From NCBI GenBank assembly GCA_002633005.1, contig NMRA01000613.1, forward strand, positions 62,001 to 126,000: 64,000 nt of DNA. The letters are read 5' to 3'. The position numbers were made by a program, and so were the translations under genes. Under the pieces are notes generated by a model, which did not search any database, was not told where the DNA came from, and saw only the letters and a list, made by a program, of their open reading frames with translations. The stretch is from Phoronis australis (lineage: Eukaryota; Animalia; Phoronida). Below, in pieces: positions 61,701 to 64,000 of this stretch (position 1 is the stretch's first letter; the number at the start of each line of letters is the position of its first letter).

Positions 61701-64000
61701 AAAACCTTACTATTTAATACAAATGGTGACACATAAACAGACCCACAAACCTCTTAGGAAAGAGTTGAATAATGGTCGTTTTTCTAATCCCTTGATTCTT
61801 ATATTTTCCTAAGGCAGACTCAAAAAGGGGTTGGCACATGATTATTGACTCTGTCAACAGACAAGAGTAAATAGTGTCCTAGACTACGAAAATATCTAAG
61901 CGTGCCTAAAATTGTACCACTACCTAGTCAGCAGCATGATTGTCTAAAACCGGGTATCTAAGCAAACAGGTTCTTCCCAAGCATTGCAGTTGCCAAATAT
62001 GGATTATCGATACTGGTCAAAATTTGCTACAAAAACAGGATGGAGGTTTGTTTACACATGGACCAACAATGGCACGAATGTTTTCATTGGCTTAAAAAAC
62101 ATGATTTTTGAGTAGGAAAACAACCACAGATGCGGTACTATGAATCCAGGCATCTCTACAGGGATCAATTAAGGCAAAAAGCCATAATATGTCTGAGAAG
62201 ATATACAGCAGTCAGCATGGTTTAATGTAAAAACAAATGTATTGAGCACTAACAAATAATCATATCCAGGGCCAACAGAGGAAAAATGTGCCTGTGCCTT
62301 CTGGAGGGTACTTTTTCATGTTAGGGGAAAATGGCTGCACCCTCGTCACCACCAATTCGTGGGCGAGCGAGTTACAAGTGAGTCTACACTTGGGATCTTT
62401 AATCATTGAAGGGGGACTGTTGGTTATGATGAATAGACTTTCAGTGATTTAAAAGTATTTTTCATAGAGGAATGGAGCCGATACTCGAGGGACCTAACTG
62501 TGACATCTCTACTCAAAACAGTCCAGTATCCAAAAGGATATTATCAAACATTATACCCCTTTCCAATTTTCTGGTAGAATGCAGTCACCCAGCTTATACC
62601 CATTGCCATATACATGCTTCATGTAGTTTCCTAGACATTCCACCATTTTGGTATCAAACACTGAGACATTCACAATACCAGCCAGACTGGAAACAGCTGC
62701 TTGTAAACAAAACCATACTGTCCAAACATCAACCTGTTTGCCCCAACACACAATCCAATCAGTTGTAGGATAATCTGCTCAAGAAATACCCACCAGCTAC
62801 TTCCCCCTTTCAACTGGCTTCCCAAGATGATTTGTGCACATGGTGGTTTAAGCCACTTGATTTACGCGCGATCACCAGGCTGACAACACTGACAGCATGA
62901 AAGGAAAATGTTTTCACAAGCCCAGAGCTGAGCTCAAATGGTTAAGAGGGTTTGTCAGATACTGATTGCCCTGATTACCTTCCAGCAGGTTTCCTCAGAC
63001 TAAGAAAGGGTCGAAAAATATAGATCTACGTCCCCATAGTGAACACTTGGATGCAATCCCAAACATTAGCTATAAAAATTCACTTGAAATTCCTTAGAAA
63101 AGATCCCCACCTTTGAATAATACGGAACTGAAGAGAGCGTTCATTTTTTTCAAATTATTAAAATTCAGTTTGTAAATTGAATGACCATGATTGGCACATT
63201 TCTGGGGTTGAAAATTGATATCTTGATAAACAGTGCCTGGACAACCTCCCTATTGAACACATCACCCAGATGGGTAGCTTAACCCTAACACTGGAGAATA
63301 GCTGAGAGCCCTTGATTCAAATTTCCCCCTAACCGTTTATCTTGATCTAGGACATCCATTGAAATGGGACCACTGGAGCATGTCAAAACAGACAGTGAGA
63401 GGATGTTCACAATTATCGCCATCGTCAAAGTATGCTTTATGGATGGGGCCTCAATCTTGCTTAGAGTGTGTGATTTTGACTCCTTGAAATCGACAAACCA
63501 AAGACCACATTAAAAGGCTTTTATTGCTTTTCGTTATGATTAAATAAATTATGAAATAACCAACACTTTTAATACTGCCATCAATTTTTGACATCCAGCC
63601 ACCTTCGTTATGGTTGACTAAATTATATACAGTCATGTTGCATATAAATCATCATCTGTCAATAAATTGTCATTCTGCACACTTTTGGGGAGGTGGGAGA
63701 AGGGGTCAGAAAAGGTCTAAATTTGCTGCAGTTATGAAAAAGCCACAGAGAGCGCTACCTTAGGAGAACATAAATGACACAAACATACTACAATGTTTAT
63801 CACTTATGTGTGTTTAATAGCCTATCATAAATTTTTTACTAAGTAAATCTGGAAATGTATTATAGTCACTAAACTACCCTGAGAGTTTTTACTTATGCAA
63901 AATCTATTTTTCTTAAAGGACTACATATCATACTTTTAGTTTAAAAAATCTTTTATATTTAACATTATGCAAATAAACAATTGTCAGTTTTTAAAATCAA

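Noticed and set aside
62480-62790. Possible Penelope-like RT remnant on the minus strand (ILQLIGLCV...YKQ)
   Set aside because: Resemblance too short and degenerate to call without a profile search.

Overview
AT-rich, intron-rich metazoan genomic DNA from a draft assembly with N gaps. It looks like a non-vertebrate bilaterian, but the species cannot be determined from the window. The main content is one minus-strand multi-exon gene (coding exons 5047-32929) that I reconstructed by hand from GT-AG sites and intron phases. It encodes a type I membrane adhesion protein: 7 Ig domains, an FN3 domain, a second Cys-containing FN3-like domain, a TM helix and a Tyr-rich tail ending ...ESGYSTPDPSKPKKVIYEVIV*. 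This is the architecture and C-terminal PDZ-ligand signature of the Echinoid/Friend-of-echinoid family. Eighteen exons are visible (~1030 codons). One exon (second half of Ig5) is probably hidden in the 23964-24630 gap. I found no signal-peptide exon, so 33-64 kb is probably a very large first intron full of MITEs and decayed retroelements. Other notable items: a 97-nt intronic hairpin covering the acceptor of a candidate 48-nt cassette exon, a candidate 39-nt juxtamembrane microexon, an orphan ~345-codon terminal exon just downstream of the gene, and a young 928-bp foldback-type transposon. No prokaryotic features, rRNA, intact tRNA or CRISPR array were found.
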